Source: Nitrososphaeraceae archaeon
GTDB lineage: Archaea; Thermoproteota; Nitrososphaeria; Nitrososphaerales; Nitrososphaeraceae
Length of the DNA stretch: 64,000 nucleotides
Assembly: GCA_036566445.1 (NCBI GenBank)
Contig: DATCWH010000004.1
Location: forward strand, 8,049 to 72,048
Direction of reading: 5' to 3'
Part shown: in pieces, positions 19,905 to 30,411 of the stretch
Layout: every line of letters starts with the position of its first letter
How positions within the stretch are numbered: position 1 is the stretch's first letter
The notes under the pieces: model-generated
Databases searched by the model: none
Seen by the model: only the letters and a program-made list of their open reading frames with translations
What the model was told of the DNA's origin: nothing
Made by a program: the position numbers and the translations under genes

Positions 19905-20868
19905 ACAAAATGTCCCACCATCCCATCAATGACAATAATAAGACCAGCGGTATTGATACGATAACAAAAAACAAAATGACTGATAATTTTACCATGGTTA
20001 GGGCATTTTTACATTTTTCAATAGAAAGAGGCTCCATATTTATACCCAATTCATAGTAGCCAATTTTTTCTAACCTTACTCTGAGAGCCCCTGCCAATGC
20101 AGACATTGGATATCCACCATTAAGACTAGGCGTATTATTGTGATCCTTACGCATAATAAATATTGAATTTTTCCAATCTGCTCCAACTATTTTAGAAGAA
20201 ATAACTAGCAGTAATGCACATAATCGTGCGGGGATATAGTTTGAAATAGTATCAAGCTTTGCTGCCATCCATCCTATATTATAATGATATTTATCAGTAT
20301 AACCAATCATAGAATCAAGTGTATTAATAATTCGATAAGCAATCGCACCTGGAGGACCAAATAATGAGTAGTAGAATGATACGGATCCTATTCCATCGAC
20401 CAAGCTTTCTCCTATGGATTCTATTGTAGCAGAAATTATATGCTCTCTATCTAGAGTATCAGTTTTTCTTCCTACAATATACGAAAGGTTTTTTCTTGCA
20501 TCAATCAGATCTTTTTCTTCCAACGCGTAAATGACAGCACACACATGTTTTTCTAAAGTAAGAATTGCCATTGTGAATTTTAGTACTAGTAGCGAGTATA
20601 TCAGGAATGCAAATATTCCAAATAATTTGTATAGCGCAATTGAAAAGTAATATGAGATGAGGGAAATCCCGAATGTCAAAATCAAGGTAAAAATAATACC
20701 CTTTAGTTTCTCCCGTCTAGGACTAGATTTATCTTTTAGTTTTGGGGTAAAGTAGCTTACAAGCTTTCCCAACCATGAGACAGGATGAATCCTATTTGGA
20801 GGATCGACAAACAAGAAAGATAGTGCGATTCCCCCAACAAGCGTTAATAAAATATATTCAGAGTTCAT
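19894..20868 (-). CDS. cbiB: Adenosylcobinamide-phosphate synthase
   Basis: DPPNRIHPV, IVGR, YRIINTLDSMIGY and IPARL. Confidence 0.95.
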   Translation of the reverse strand: MNSEYILLTLVGGIALSFLFVDPPNRIHPVSWLGKLVSYFTPKLKDKSSPRREKLKGIIFTLILTFGISLISYYFSIALYKLFGIFAFLIYSLLVLKFTMAILTLEKHVCAVIYALEEKDLIDARKNLSYIVGRKTDTLDREHIISATIESIGESLVDGIGSVSFYYSLFGPPGAIAYRIINTLDSMIGYTDKYHYNIGWMAAKLDTISNYIPARLCALLLVISSKIVGADWKNSIFIMRKDHNNTPSLNGGYPMSALAGALRVRLEKIGYYELGINMEPLSIEKCKNALTMVKLSVILFFVIVSIPLVLLLSLMGWWDILYGF

Positions 20869-21721
20869 GATTCATTTTTACAATACTTAAAAGATATTTC
20901 ATATCAGTGTTCTTTTTAAAAGTAGATGCAACGTACTCAATTTGCTCATCAAGGTAGCTCCTACTAAAAAAAGATTTTGATCTGTTTTGATCCAATGAAT
21001 CTTCATTTGGAATATTGAACTCTGCTTTTGGAATTACTCCTAGGATCTTCTTTTTTGTCATTTTTTCAACTGATATTATTGCTCTATTTAGAATCGATTT
21101 TTGTCCTAGAAATTTGTTAATTATTACACCTTTTACAAATTTTCTTTGCCGTGCTGGCAATAGTTTTATTGTGCCTACTATCGCTGCAAAGCATCCCCCA
21201 CGTTCAATATCTGCTACCAATAATACACTTGAATTAATTTTCTCGGCAAGAATCATATTTGCGATATCATAGTTTGATAAATTAATTTCTGCAGGCGATC
21301 CTGCACCTTCTATCAAAATTAGATCATTTTCTTGCATAAGGCCTTCTAAATCTTGTATAACCTTAGGAAATCCTTTTTGGAGAACAAAACTACTGTAGTA
21401 ATCATCTGCATTCATACGTAAATTTTTTAATCCTCCTAGAATGATTTCGCTTATATTATTTCCGATAGGTCTCAAAAGAATTGGATTCATTCTAATGTCT
21501 GGTTCTACTCGAGCTGCAATCGCTTGAACAGCTTGTATTCTTGCCATTTGCCTTACTGAATTTTTTTCTTTAAGAACATAAAAATTCGAAGTCATATTTT
21601 GGGCCTTAAATGGACATACCTTATATCCCATGTTAGAAAAAATTCTGCATAGCGCTATTACCATGGTACTCTTTCCAGCCCCTGATGAAGTCCCTTGTAT
21701 CATCAACAGCCTTGCTTTCAT
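20858..21721 (-). CDS. cbiP: Cobyric acid synthase, synthetase domain only
   Basis: MIQGTSSGAGKS, PFKAQNM, MNPILL, EGAGSPAEINL and DIERGG. Ends shortly after PNEDSL. Confidence 0.9.
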   Translation of the reverse strand: MKARLLMIQGTSSGAGKSTMVIALCRIFSNMGYKVCPFKAQNMTSNFYVLKEKNSVRQMARIQAVQAIAARVEPDIRMNPILLRPIGNNISEIILGGLKNLRMNADDYYSSFVLQKGFPKVIQDLEGLMQENDLILIEGAGSPAEINLSNYDIANMILAEKINSSVLLVADIERGGCFAAIVGTIKLLPARQRKFVKGVIINKFLGQKSILNRAIISVEKMTKKKILGVIPKAEFNIPNEDSLDQNRSKSFFSRSYLDEQIEYVASTFKKNTDMKYLLSIVKMNHEL

Positions 21722-22785
21722 TTATCAATTGACTCCAGTGAATGAAGTAGCTCTAAATTTTCCTCGCGGGTCTTCACTGCAACTCTAATGTACTTGTCAT
21801 TTATGCCCTTAAAATCGCTACAATCTCTAACAAGGATGCCATTTTTTTGAAGTAGTGTATCTCTAATTTGGGTTGAATTACCGTCATGCAATTGGATCAA
21901 ATAATAATTCACATCTGATTCATTTGCTGAGAATGATCTTAGGTTATTATTTATCTCAGTATGCATAAACTCACGTTCAGATTTTATGATTTTTCTTGCC
22001 CTTCTTACGTGAGAAGGATTTTCTAACGCAGTAACACCAGCTAATTGGGCTAGTCCATTTACATTCCAAGTTATTTTGTTATGCAAAATTTTCCTTGCGG
22101 TGCTTGGGTGAGAAACACAATACCCTAGTCTTAATCCAGCAAGTCCAAATGATTTTGTCATTGAACGTAAGACTACTATATTTTGGAATTCATTAATCTT
22201 TTCAATGAAAGTTTTTGGGTGCTTACGATCATCAACGAATTCAATAAAACTTTCATCTATGAGAATCTTTATGGACTCATCTGTTTTTTCAATTAATCCT
22301 TCTATTAAATCGTATGAAAATAGTCCAGTTGGATTATTCGGATTGCAGAAAAAAATTGCATCAGAATTTTTTGATTTCTCCAAAATTCTCTCAATATCTA
22401 GCTTCCAATTCTTGAGTGGAACATGACTAATTTTAGCACCAATTTTTCTTGATGCAAGCTCATACTCACAAAATGTCGGTGAAGGTATTACTACATGATT
22501 CCGGACAAAAGTTCTTACAAAGTTATAAATTAATTCGGTGGCCCCATTGCCTATGTTAATTGACTCCAGAGATAAGCTGCTATCCAAATAGTCGACAATT
22601 TTTTTTTTTAGGAGTGTGTGTTCATTATCTGGATAAATTGATGAAAGTTTTGGTAAATTTTTTCTTAAGGCGTTCAAAACCTTTTTTGATATCCCCAATG
22701 GATTAATATTGGAACTGAAATCAACTCTTACTAAGCTTGGATTTACAGTATAAACCCCGCCATGGGAACAAGAATATTGATTCAT
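21718..22785 (-). CDS. cobD: Threonine-phosphate decarboxylase
   Basis: HGG, DFSSNINPLG, CNPNNPTG and RSMTKSFGLAGLRLGY; first gene of the cob operon. Confidence 0.9.
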   Translation of the reverse strand: MNQYSCSHGGVYTVNPSLVRVDFSSNINPLGISKKVLNALRKNLPKLSSIYPDNEHTLLKKKIVDYLDSSLSLESINIGNGATELIYNFVRTFVRNHVVIPSPTFCEYELASRKIGAKISHVPLKNWKLDIERILEKSKNSDAIFFCNPNNPTGLFSYDLIEGLIEKTDESIKILIDESFIEFVDDRKHPKTFIEKINEFQNIVVLRSMTKSFGLAGLRLGYCVSHPSTARKILHNKITWNVNGLAQLAGVTALENPSHVRRARKIIKSEREFMHTEINNNLRSFSANESDVNYYLIQLHDGNSTQIRDTLLQKNGILVRDCSDFKGINDKYIRVAVKTREENLELLHSLESIDK

Positions 22786-22880
22786 TTAAATTCCATATGA
22801 GCTGCTATATAACATAAATGGATAATATTATGTTTTTTTCTGAAAACGAATATTAGTTGCGTTTTGAATAACGGCTCATT

Positions 22881-23957
22881 ATGTTAAAAGTTGCGGTAAT
22901 TGGTGCAACAGGAGCTGTAGGACAAGAATTTGTTATTGGGCTCAATAAACACCCATGGTTTGAATTAGTTCAAATTGCATCATCAGAGAGATCCGCGGGA
23001 AAAAGGTACATTGATGCGATCAGGGATCCAAATACTTCACTCCTCAAATGGCATAATAAGGAAAATATTCCTGAATATGTAAGAGAAATGGTTCTAAATA
23101 GGGTTGAAGATATAAACCCAAAGAGGGTTGATCTAATATTTACCTCTCTTGAATCAGAAGATGCGAAAGTGGTTGAACCAAAAATGGCATCAGAAGTCCC
23201 TGTAATAAGTACTGCTGCCGCTTTTAGGTATGAAAACGATGTTCCCATATTAATTCCTGGAATTAATGACGAACATTGTGAATTGTTAAACATTCAGAAA
23301 AAGAATAGGAGATGGAATGGCTTTATTGCACCATTACCTAACTGTACAACCACAGGTATGGCAATAACGCTCAAGCCATTAATGGATGAAATAGGATTGC
23401 AAAATGTTTTCATGACTTCGATGCAGGCTCTATCTGGAGCAGGCAGGTCTCCTGGAGTAATTGCGTTAGATATCATGGACAATGTCATCCCGTACATACC
23501 AAAAGAAGAGGAAAAAGTTCAAGTCGAAACAAAAAAAATCCTAGGAAAGTTTGATGGAAATGCTATCACCAATGCTTCCATAAAGGTAAGCTGTACATGT
23601 ACAAGAGTCCCTGTAATGGACGGACATACTGAAACAGTCTTTGCTCAGCTAAAGAAAACTGCTTTACCTGATCAGGTAAAAGAATCAATGATTAATTTTT
23701 CGAAATCTGTATCAATAAGAAATCTCCCTTCCGCACCGCAAGATTATATCGTTGTTCATGATGATCCTACGAGACCCCAGCCTAGAATTGACAGGGAGCT
23801 CAATGATGGTATGACAACAGTTGTTGGGAGACTGCGAAAGGATACCGTATTTGAGAATGGAATAAAATATGTACTCTTAACGCATAATGAAAAAATGGGT
23901 TCTGCGAAGGGTGCAATACTGTTGGCCGAGCTATTTAAATCGAAAAAAATCATCTAA
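22881..23957 (+). CDS. asd: Aspartate-semialdehyde dehydrogenase (archaeal type)
   Basis: GATGAVG, PNCTT, QALSGAG and RVPVMDGH. Confidence 0.95.
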   Translation: MLKVAVIGATGAVGQEFVIGLNKHPWFELVQIASSERSAGKRYIDAIRDPNTSLLKWHNKENIPEYVREMVLNRVEDINPKRVDLIFTSLESEDAKVVEPKMASEVPVISTAAAFRYENDVPILIPGINDEHCELLNIQKKNRRWNGFIAPLPNCTTTGMAITLKPLMDEIGLQNVFMTSMQALSGAGRSPGVIALDIMDNVIPYIPKEEEKVQVETKKILGKFDGNAITNASIKVSCTCTRVPVMDGHTETVFAQLKKTALPDQVKESMINFSKSVSIRNLPSAPQDYIVVHDDPTRPQPRIDRELNDGMTTVVGRLRKDTVFENGIKYVLLTHNEKMGSAKGAILLAELFKSKKII

Positions 23958-24034
23958 TCATGCATTATTGATAAAAAAATTAAATAAAGTTGAAATTAAT
24001 ACATTTATTAACCCCAGAATTTACGATATAATAG

Positions 24035-24514
24035 GTGATTTCTATGTATAAAATAGACGATTTAGACCTTAAAATTTTGGAGGAACTTTCAAATGATGCA
24101 TCTATTTCTGTTCCCAGACTTTCAAGAAAAATCAATATCAACGCATCGGTAGTTTATAGCAGGATTAAAAGATTAGTAAAGCGTGGTATTATTAGAAAAT
24201 TTACGATATTGATGAATGATGAAGCCCTTGGGTTTAACGTAAAGGCCCTAACTGGGATAAATATGGATTCAAAATTGAGAGACAACGTTTTGAATGAATT
24301 ATTCAGGATTCCGGGTGTTACAGAAGTTTCTGAGGTTACTGGGAGATTTGATATATTGGTAACAATGAATTCTCACTCTTTGGACGAGATGCACAAATTG
24401 ATATCAGAACGAGTCGGTCGTATTGAAGGAGTACAGAAGACGGAGACATTTATTGAAATGAGAAAAACAACCAGAGAAATTCCAATCCCACCAAAAGAAC
24501 AGGAGCAGATTTGA
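24035..24514 (+). CDS. Lrp/AsnC transcriptional regulator
   Basis: DDLDLKIL...V.SRIKRL...GIIRKF and EVTGRFD. Confidence 0.92.
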   Translation: MISMYKIDDLDLKILEELSNDASISVPRLSRKININASVVYSRIKRLVKRGIIRKFTILMNDEALGFNVKALTGINMDSKLRDNVLNELFRIPGVTEVSEVTGRFDILVTMNSHSLDEMHKLISERVGRIEGVQKTETFIEMRKTTREIPIPPKEQEQI

Positions 24515-24742
24515 ATCAAACCTAATTTTGATTTCATGCATATTGTATATACAGCAACCGTTATGTGATCATTAGATTCGGTCAATGTAATGTAAATGGT
24601 CAATCTGCCAAAAATGCAAATTTATTTCGTAAATAGCATTATGAATGATGGACCCAATGTCTATCATTAATGTGTGTTCTCTAAATTAGTAATTAAAATG
24701 TCAGGTTAGATTAAAGAATTATCCCGAACGAAACAGAAAACA

Positions 24743-25132
24743 TCAGTTGTTTGGCTTCGTACCCAAATTGCCTGCTTGTCCTTGACCCATGCGAATCATT
24801 TCATTTATCTTGTTTTCAACTTCCTTTAAATTTTCTTTTACTCTTGTCTCTTGTTTACCCAGAACTACCAATCGAGTGTTAGAAAGATCTTTCTTTTCGT
24901 CAAGCTCCTTAAGTGTATCATCCTTATTGGTTTTAATTAACAGAGGCCCAACGCTCTTGTACACTGCCTCATCCTGTTCTGCTTTTTTAAGTTCTTCGGT
25001 AGCCTTTTCTATTTCGAGGGATTCTGCTTCAAGTTGTTGTTTTTGTAACATAATAGCCTGTAAATTTTGCTGTAGTTGCTGTAGCCTAGCAAGTTGTTCT
25101 CTTAACCATGGTGGGATTTCTTGTTCGCTCAT
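24743..25132 (-). CDS. pfdB: Prefoldin beta subunit
   Basis: Coiled coil with VYKSVGPLLIK; position in the exosome superoperon. Confidence 0.95.
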   Translation of the reverse strand: MSEQEIPPWLREQLARLQQLQQNLQAIMLQKQQLEAESLEIEKATEELKKAEQDEAVYKSVGPLLIKTNKDDTLKELDEKKDLSNTRLVVLGKQETRVKENLKEVENKINEMIRMGQGQAGNLGTKPNN

Positions 25133-25171
25133 TCTAATTACTTGACTTTACCATCATAAATCTATAGCGTT

Positions 25172-25435
25172 TTATAAATTTAGAGACAAATACGACAAGC
25201 TTAACAATCTAATGTATGTGTTAACAATGGCGCGCATCGATTGTAAATCTTTTGTACTTATATTAATGAAAATCACATCATTTTTTGAAGTAATCCGTAT
25301 TTTTTCATTACTGGTGAGAAATCTAGTTTCGGGTTGTAGGGCTTTAGTGATCGTATTTCCAATGTTAGCAGATAATTCTGATGGAAGGTTTTCCAGTGCG
25401 ATTTGAATTCTAATATTTACTCTTTGTTTTTTCAA
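25172..25435 (-). CDS. pcc1: KEOPS subunit Pcc1
   Basis: KALQPE...DLQSMRAIVNTYIRL; position between rpl37ae and pfdB. Confidence 0.8.
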   Translation of the reverse strand: MKKQRVNIRIQIALENLPSELSANIGNTITKALQPETRFLTSNEKIRITSKNDVIFINISTKDLQSMRAIVNTYIRLLSLSYLSLNL

Positions 25436-25655
25436 AATTTACATCATATGTACCTGCTGCTACTTTATAGGTGCATTTTGAACAGTACCAAATTCCCAAT
25501 GCTTTCCTATCAAATCTTATTGATCCACATTTAGGACATCTTCTCTTTTTTTTCAGAACCCTGTAAATCACTCCGTATCTCTTCCTGAGCGTAGCTCCAT
25601 ATTTTACGCCTAATCCCTTGAGGCGAGATATTTTGTGCTTACCTCTACTTACCAA
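25410..25655 (-). CDS. rpl37ae: 50S ribosomal protein L37ae
   Basis: KYGATLRKR, CPKC and GIWYC..C...AAGTY. Confidence 0.95.
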   Translation of the reverse strand: MVSRGKHKISRLKGLGVKYGATLRKRYGVIYRVLKKKRRCPKCGSIRFDRKALGIWYCSKCTYKVAAGTYDVNFEKTKSKY

Positions 25656-26472
25656 GATTGATCAATTCCTTAAATTTCACTCTAATTTCTTCTCCCTTGA
25701 TTCTTGCTTTATCGGCAATACCCTTCACCTCATCCACTGTAAAGTACCCTTTCAGTCCCTTTTGCATTGCAACAATTGAACCTTTTGAATTTGTGGTAAT
25801 TGTGAGTCTTGCATCCATACACGCTTCTTCCTCGGCATCTGGGTCCAAAAGCAGATAATCGCCAATTTTAACTGTAGTAACAGATACAGGGATGGTAGAT
25901 ATGGGAGGCTCTTGAATTCTTCCTGTTTCAACTACTTTGTCATCTTTAATTTCAAAAACAGGTAGTTTACAGCTTGCTAATGCAGCTACTACGGCATATG
26001 AAGTTGCATCGAAAAGGTTACCATCTACGTTAATGATACTACAATCTATAAAAATGGTATACACAATTTTTCCCGGGACCAAAACCAACTTACTTAAATC
26101 TAACATTTCTGATTCTCTTATTCCCCTATCAACAACCCTAGCAAGTTCAATTGTTTCTTCATCAGGTGGCCCTGGTTCTATATGAGGAGATGCAATTGGG
26201 AGTACTTCGGCTGTAATTATTAAAGCTCCACTAGTTTCGAGTCCTTCAAAAGGTTCACCAGTTTCCACTTTTACTCCCGCAACAACTTCTGTCTTACCCA
26301 ACTTTACCCAAGCCGATCCACTCGCCTTTTTTATGACATCTAATTCAATTTCAATTGGTCTTATTTCATCTAAACTTCTTTCATCTAGTCTTTTGCCTGA
26401 TGAAATTGATTCTCTCATCTGTTTTTTGCGAAGATTTTCGACAATTATTGTCGATTTCTTTGATAGACTCAT
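25645..26472 (-). CDS. rrp42: Exosome core subunit Rrp42
   Basis: RNase PH fold; ELARVVDRGIRES and DGNLFDA. Confidence 0.96.
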   Translation of the reverse strand: MSLSKKSTIIVENLRKKQMRESISSGKRLDERSLDEIRPIEIELDVIKKASGSAWVKLGKTEVVAGVKVETGEPFEGLETSGALIITAEVLPIASPHIEPGPPDEETIELARVVDRGIRESEMLDLSKLVLVPGKIVYTIFIDCSIINVDGNLFDATSYAVVAALASCKLPVFEIKDDKVVETGRIQEPPISTIPVSVTTVKIGDYLLLDPDAEEEACMDARLTITTNSKGSIVAMQKGLKGYFTVDEVKGIADKARIKGEEIRVKFKELINLGK

Positions 26473-27206
26473 TATTCCTTCAATCCCTTTTCATCGCCAA
26501 AGTACTTTTCTATTAAAGAGGAACGTTGTATTTCATACACTTTTAAGCAACCACGTATAGCCTCTTCTAAACAATTATTGAATTCATTTGGATTCAATTC
26601 TCCATCAAGTTGAAGAAGTGTTATTTTCTTAAGATTTGGCATATACGCAACGGGCATGTCAGCTCCTCCTTCTTTGTCTTCAGTGTCATTGATATCAATC
26701 ACTATTTTGTCATCCACCTTTCCTGCTGCACATGCTGAAACCATATCACGCATATTTATTCCTGCGTCTGCGAGTGCTACGGAAGCAGCCGTAATCCCTG
26801 CGCATCGTGAACCTCCATCTGCTTGCAATACTTCGATAAAGATATCAATTGCAGCACGAGGATAATCCTCGAGTATTAGTGCGGGTTCCAAGGACTCTCG
26901 AATAACCTTTGATATTTCCGTCTCTCTTCTAGATGGCGCAGGACTTTTGCGGGTATCTGTTGAAAATGGAGACATGTGGTATCTGCATCTTACAACACAT
27001 CGGTCAGTTTGTGCCATATGTTTTGGATGAACCTCCCGAGGACCATAGACTGCCGCAATTATCTTATTTTTACCAAACTCTATAAGAGCGGAACCATCTG
27101 CATTCTTTATAATTCCTACATTAATCTTTACTTCTCTTAATTCATCTATTATCCTGCCATCGCTTCTTTTTCCGCTTTCGTCTATAAGGCTTCTATCTTG
27201 TACCAT
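26472..27206 (-). CDS. rrp41: Exosome catalytic subunit Rrp41
   Basis: VYGPREVHPKH, PSRRETEIS, QADGGSR and EDKEG.ADMP. Confidence 0.97.
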   Translation of the reverse strand: MVQDRSLIDESGKRSDGRIIDELREVKINVGIIKNADGSALIEFGKNKIIAAVYGPREVHPKHMAQTDRCVVRCRYHMSPFSTDTRKSPAPSRRETEISKVIRESLEPALILEDYPRAAIDIFIEVLQADGGSRCAGITAASVALADAGINMRDMVSACAAGKVDDKIVIDINDTEDKEGGADMPVAYMPNLKKITLLQLDGELNPNEFNNCLEEAIRGCLKVYEIQRSSLIEKYFGDEKGLKE

Positions 27207-28011
27207 TTGAATTCATCATTCCCGTTTCTTTATCAATTTTATTCGAAATATCTTTATCATCATTCATCGCTGTTTCATTCATTTCATGATTCGCTTGAGT
27301 ATCGCCATTTTCAATCTCCGATTCGGGCACATTCAATAATTGCTTGATTCTCTGCGTAAGGTTTGAAGTGTGTGCTTCTACTTCTACTATATGAATTGCA
27401 TTGATTGCTAGTGATATTCCTTCCTTGTCTTTTCCCGATACCACAATTATTCCATTTTGACCTATTGTTATCCTTGTAGAACTTGCCTGTTCAATTGTCT
27501 GAATCATGGAACCTCTTTTTCCTATCAGTCTTGGTACCCGAGTTGGAGATATTTTTATCAATTCACCTGCTGGTATCTTTCCCAAGTCCTTATCTTGAAT
27601 AGTAAGGATTGGATCCCTTGTCCTATCAAAAATCGCAATTCTTGCAACAATCACATCCCCGCTAGATAATTGACCACTCATGTCGTCATGAGCCGGTGAA
27701 AAATCTCTTCCAAAAACGTCTTGTGCGGGTAAATGTGCAAAAAAACATGAATTGATGTCCACAGACCAAGAAAGAGACGAATGGTCCAATATTTTACCTA
27801 TTACAACATCATTTGCGCGTGGGAAATAAATTCCGGACAATGGAATTACCTTGGCCCCTTCTTTGTTTGACTCTGTAATACCAATTCGAGTTGCTACAAT
27901 TGAATTTCCATTCCTAAATACATTAACCAAAGGTTTCAAATTACCTTCAGCTACAATATCACCAGGGATAACGTATTTTCTTTTAATTTCTTGCATAGAG
28001 TGATCCTCCAA
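27193..28011 (-). CDS. rrp4: Exosome RNA-binding cap Rrp4
   Basis: VIPGD, S1 domain and KH motif VPRLIGKRGSMI. Confidence 0.96.
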   Translation of the reverse strand: MEDHSMQEIKRKYVIPGDIVAEGNLKPLVNVFRNGNSIVATRIGITESNKEGAKVIPLSGIYFPRANDVVIGKILDHSSLSWSVDINSCFFAHLPAQDVFGRDFSPAHDDMSGQLSSGDVIVARIAIFDRTRDPILTIQDKDLGKIPAGELIKISPTRVPRLIGKRGSMIQTIEQASSTRITIGQNGIIVVSGKDKEGISLAINAIHIVEVEAHTSNLTQRIKQLLNVPESEIENGDTQANHEMNETAMNDDKDISNKIDKETGMMNSNGTR

Positions 28012-28107
28012 AACAAGAATTGAAAAATAATCTATTCATAATTCTTCCTTTTTGGGAAAGTTAGAACAGACTTATATTTTAAGTGTGGGCAACAATATGA
28101 ATTGTGC

Positions 28108-28794
28108 TTATTTTTCAGTGACCTGAGCTGAACCTTTGGTAGCAGTTCCAATTCGATCTAGAAAGGAACTCTTCATTCCAGCATTAATATTGAGAACTAC
28201 CTGCAATGATCCGTCGGAGAGCCATTGTTCTGATTTTATCTCACCAATACTTTTGAATACACTAAATGATTGTCCTGAAAATTGTGCAGGGACAGTTACG
28301 GTCAACTCAAGTATTTCCGACTTTAGAGGTAATATTTTTCTCAATGGCTCGATGATATTCTTAATTTGATCATCTAATCGCTTAAAAGGATCAATTGCCA
28401 CCCGCGCTTCATCAAGGACAGCGTTAATCCTTGAGATTGGATGTGGCATATGGGTTTTAGGATCGACAAAATTTTTATTGATATATTCAACAATCTGTTT
28501 TTTCTTTTCTTCAATCATTTTTCTGCGCTGATCGGTGTTCATGTTTAGATCGCCTCTAGCCATAATCTGTTTTGCCACTTCTACCTGATCTGTTGTCTTA
28601 AAATGCTTCATTAACTTCTCAGTCGAGCTCCTTGTGCCCTTGTTGGCATCTGAATAAATTTCGTCTGAAATCATAATATTGGAAATGTCAATTTTTTTAC
28701 CAAGTTTATATTCAAGTGCAGGATCAGGTTTCACCAAAATTTCAAATTTTTCATTTCCTGCGCTTAACCTAACGATTGTAAATTTATCTGCCAT
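28108..28794 (-). CDS. sdo1: Ribosome maturation factor SBDS/Sdo1
   Basis: KFEILVKP, IYSDANKG and DPKTHMPHP. Start set to MADKF at 28794. Confidence 0.95.
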   Translation of the reverse strand: MADKFTIVRLSAGNEKFEILVKPDPALEYKLGKKIDISNIMISDEIYSDANKGTRSSTEKLMKHFKTTDQVEVAKQIMARGDLNMNTDQRRKMIEEKKKQIVEYINKNFVDPKTHMPHPISRINAVLDEARVAIDPFKRLDDQIKNIIEPLRKILPLKSEILELTVTVPAQFSGQSFSVFKSIGEIKSEQWLSDGSLQVVLNINAGMKSSFLDRIGTATKGSAQVTEK

Positions 28795-28894
28795 GTTAGT
28801 CCTAATATCTGAAAATATATAAGCATACAAATGAGGAATTAATGCTTTAGATATTTAAAAGAAATAAAAAAGTAAAAAAGAAAAAAATAGGTTC

Positions 28895-30379
28895 TTACTC
28901 GCTTACGTAAGCTCGCTCTCCGTGTTGGCTTAAGTCCAGTCCAATTTCTTCTTCCTTTGGAGTTACTCTTATGCCTCCAGGCCATACTTTGTCCATTATT
29001 TTGATGATTATTGCGGTTATACCCATCGCCCATGCTAGAGAGGCAAAAGCACCAACAGCATTTTCTAATAATTGAGGCGGATTGCCAAATACGAGTCCGT
29101 TATCTCCCCAAGGAGTAAATCTCTGTTCTGCAAACATTCCTGTCAATAAAGCTCCTACAAGTCCGCCTATTCCATGTACTCCCCAAGTATCTAGTGCATC
29201 GTCCCACTTTCTACTGTTCTTGAACATGACTGCTGCATAACATGCTACTGATGCTGCAATTCCAATGACAAGTGCAGACATTGGCGAGACAAATCCTGAT
29301 GCTGGCGTAATGGCTACAAGCCCAGCTACCGCACCAGTAGCAGCTCCAACGGTTGATGGTCTACCCGTATGTGCCCAGGAAAGTAACGCCCAAGTAACTA
29401 CAGCCATACCGGTAGCGACCTGCGTTGCAACAAATGCGCTGGTTGCGTTCGTAGCAGCTGCAGCAGCAGAACCAGCATTGAATCCAAACCACCCGAACCA
29501 CAGTAAGGCTGCTCCCAAAACCACCAATGAAACATTGTGTGATTCCATAGGGACTTTACCATATCCTATTCTCCTACCGATCATTAATGCTATAACGAGT
29601 CCTGACCATCCCGATGTGATATGGATGACAGTTCCACCAGCAAAGTCAAGTGATCCATAGCAACCAGTCCACCCAAAGCCACAGTATCCGGGATTCGCTC
29701 CATAGTTGTCCGGTCCTGTAATTTGCCATGTCCAGTGTGCAGCAAAGTCATAAACAAAAGTAGCCCATAGTACCACGAAAATAACGAATGCACTATATTT
29801 CATTCTTTCAACTAGCGCCGCTACTATAAGTGCAGGAGTGATAATTGCGAACATCATCTGGAATATCATATATGTCTGGTGCGGAATAGTAGTTCCAGTT
29901 ATTCCCCCGTATGCAATTGAAGGAACGTCGTGAAATACATTATTTAATCCAGCCCAGTCTAGCGTTCCTATAAATCCGTAGCCGCCTGCATCTGGACCAA
30001 AAGCTAAGCTATATCCCCATAACACCCATTGTACGGCTACTATGCCGGTAGTAATGAATACCATATGCAGTGTGTTTACAGCGTCTTTTTGTCTCGACAG
30101 GCCACCATAAAATATAGCCAAGCCACCAGGTGTCATGATAAGTACAAGTGCTGAAGCTGTAAGCATCCATGCATTATCACCTGAATCAATCTCACAAGGG
30201 ATCAAATCCCCTTCTGCAGTTAAATTGTAATTCCCATTGGCATCGGCTGCAAAGCAATGATATATGACACCAGGATCGCCAGGTTTGTAAGCAGAAGCGC
30301 TCGCCAGGTAAGTTGATGTAACGGTAATTGTTGTCAAAATTCCAACTAACATAAACATAGTGAGGTTCTTCCTAAACAT
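28895..30379 (-). CDS. amt: Ammonium transporter (Amt family)
   Basis: FQMMFAIIT, DFAGGTVIH, LWFGWFGFN, GLVAITP and DDALD...HG (twin His), GLD..QHGE.AY. Confidence 0.97.
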   Translation of the reverse strand: MFRKNLTMFMLVGILTTITVTSTYLASASAYKPGDPGVIYHCFAADANGNYNLTAEGDLIPCEIDSGDNAWMLTASALVLIMTPGGLAIFYGGLSRQKDAVNTLHMVFITTGIVAVQWVLWGYSLAFGPDAGGYGFIGTLDWAGLNNVFHDVPSIAYGGITGTTIPHQTYMIFQMMFAIITPALIVAALVERMKYSAFVIFVVLWATFVYDFAAHWTWQITGPDNYGANPGYCGFGWTGCYGSLDFAGGTVIHITSGWSGLVIALMIGRRIGYGKVPMESHNVSLVVLGAALLWFGWFGFNAGSAAAAATNATSAFVATQVATGMAVVTWALLSWAHTGRPSTVGAATGAVAGLVAITPASGFVSPMSALVIGIAASVACYAAVMFKNSRKWDDALDTWGVHGIGGLVGALLTGMFAEQRFTPWGDNGLVFGNPPQLLENAVGAFASLAWAMGITAIIIKIMDKVWPGGIRVTPKEEEIGLDLSQHGERAYVSE

Positions 30380-30382
30380 TAT

Positions 30383-30411
30383 TCACCAATATTTTAGAGA
30401 AGTATAAAAAA
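30383..30411 (-). promoter_or_regulatory. amt promoter: TATA box plus GGTGA SD-like motif
   Basis: Minus strand TTTTTATA at 30410-30403, about 24 nt upstream of the ATG; GGTGA at 30387-30383. Confidence 0.55.
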
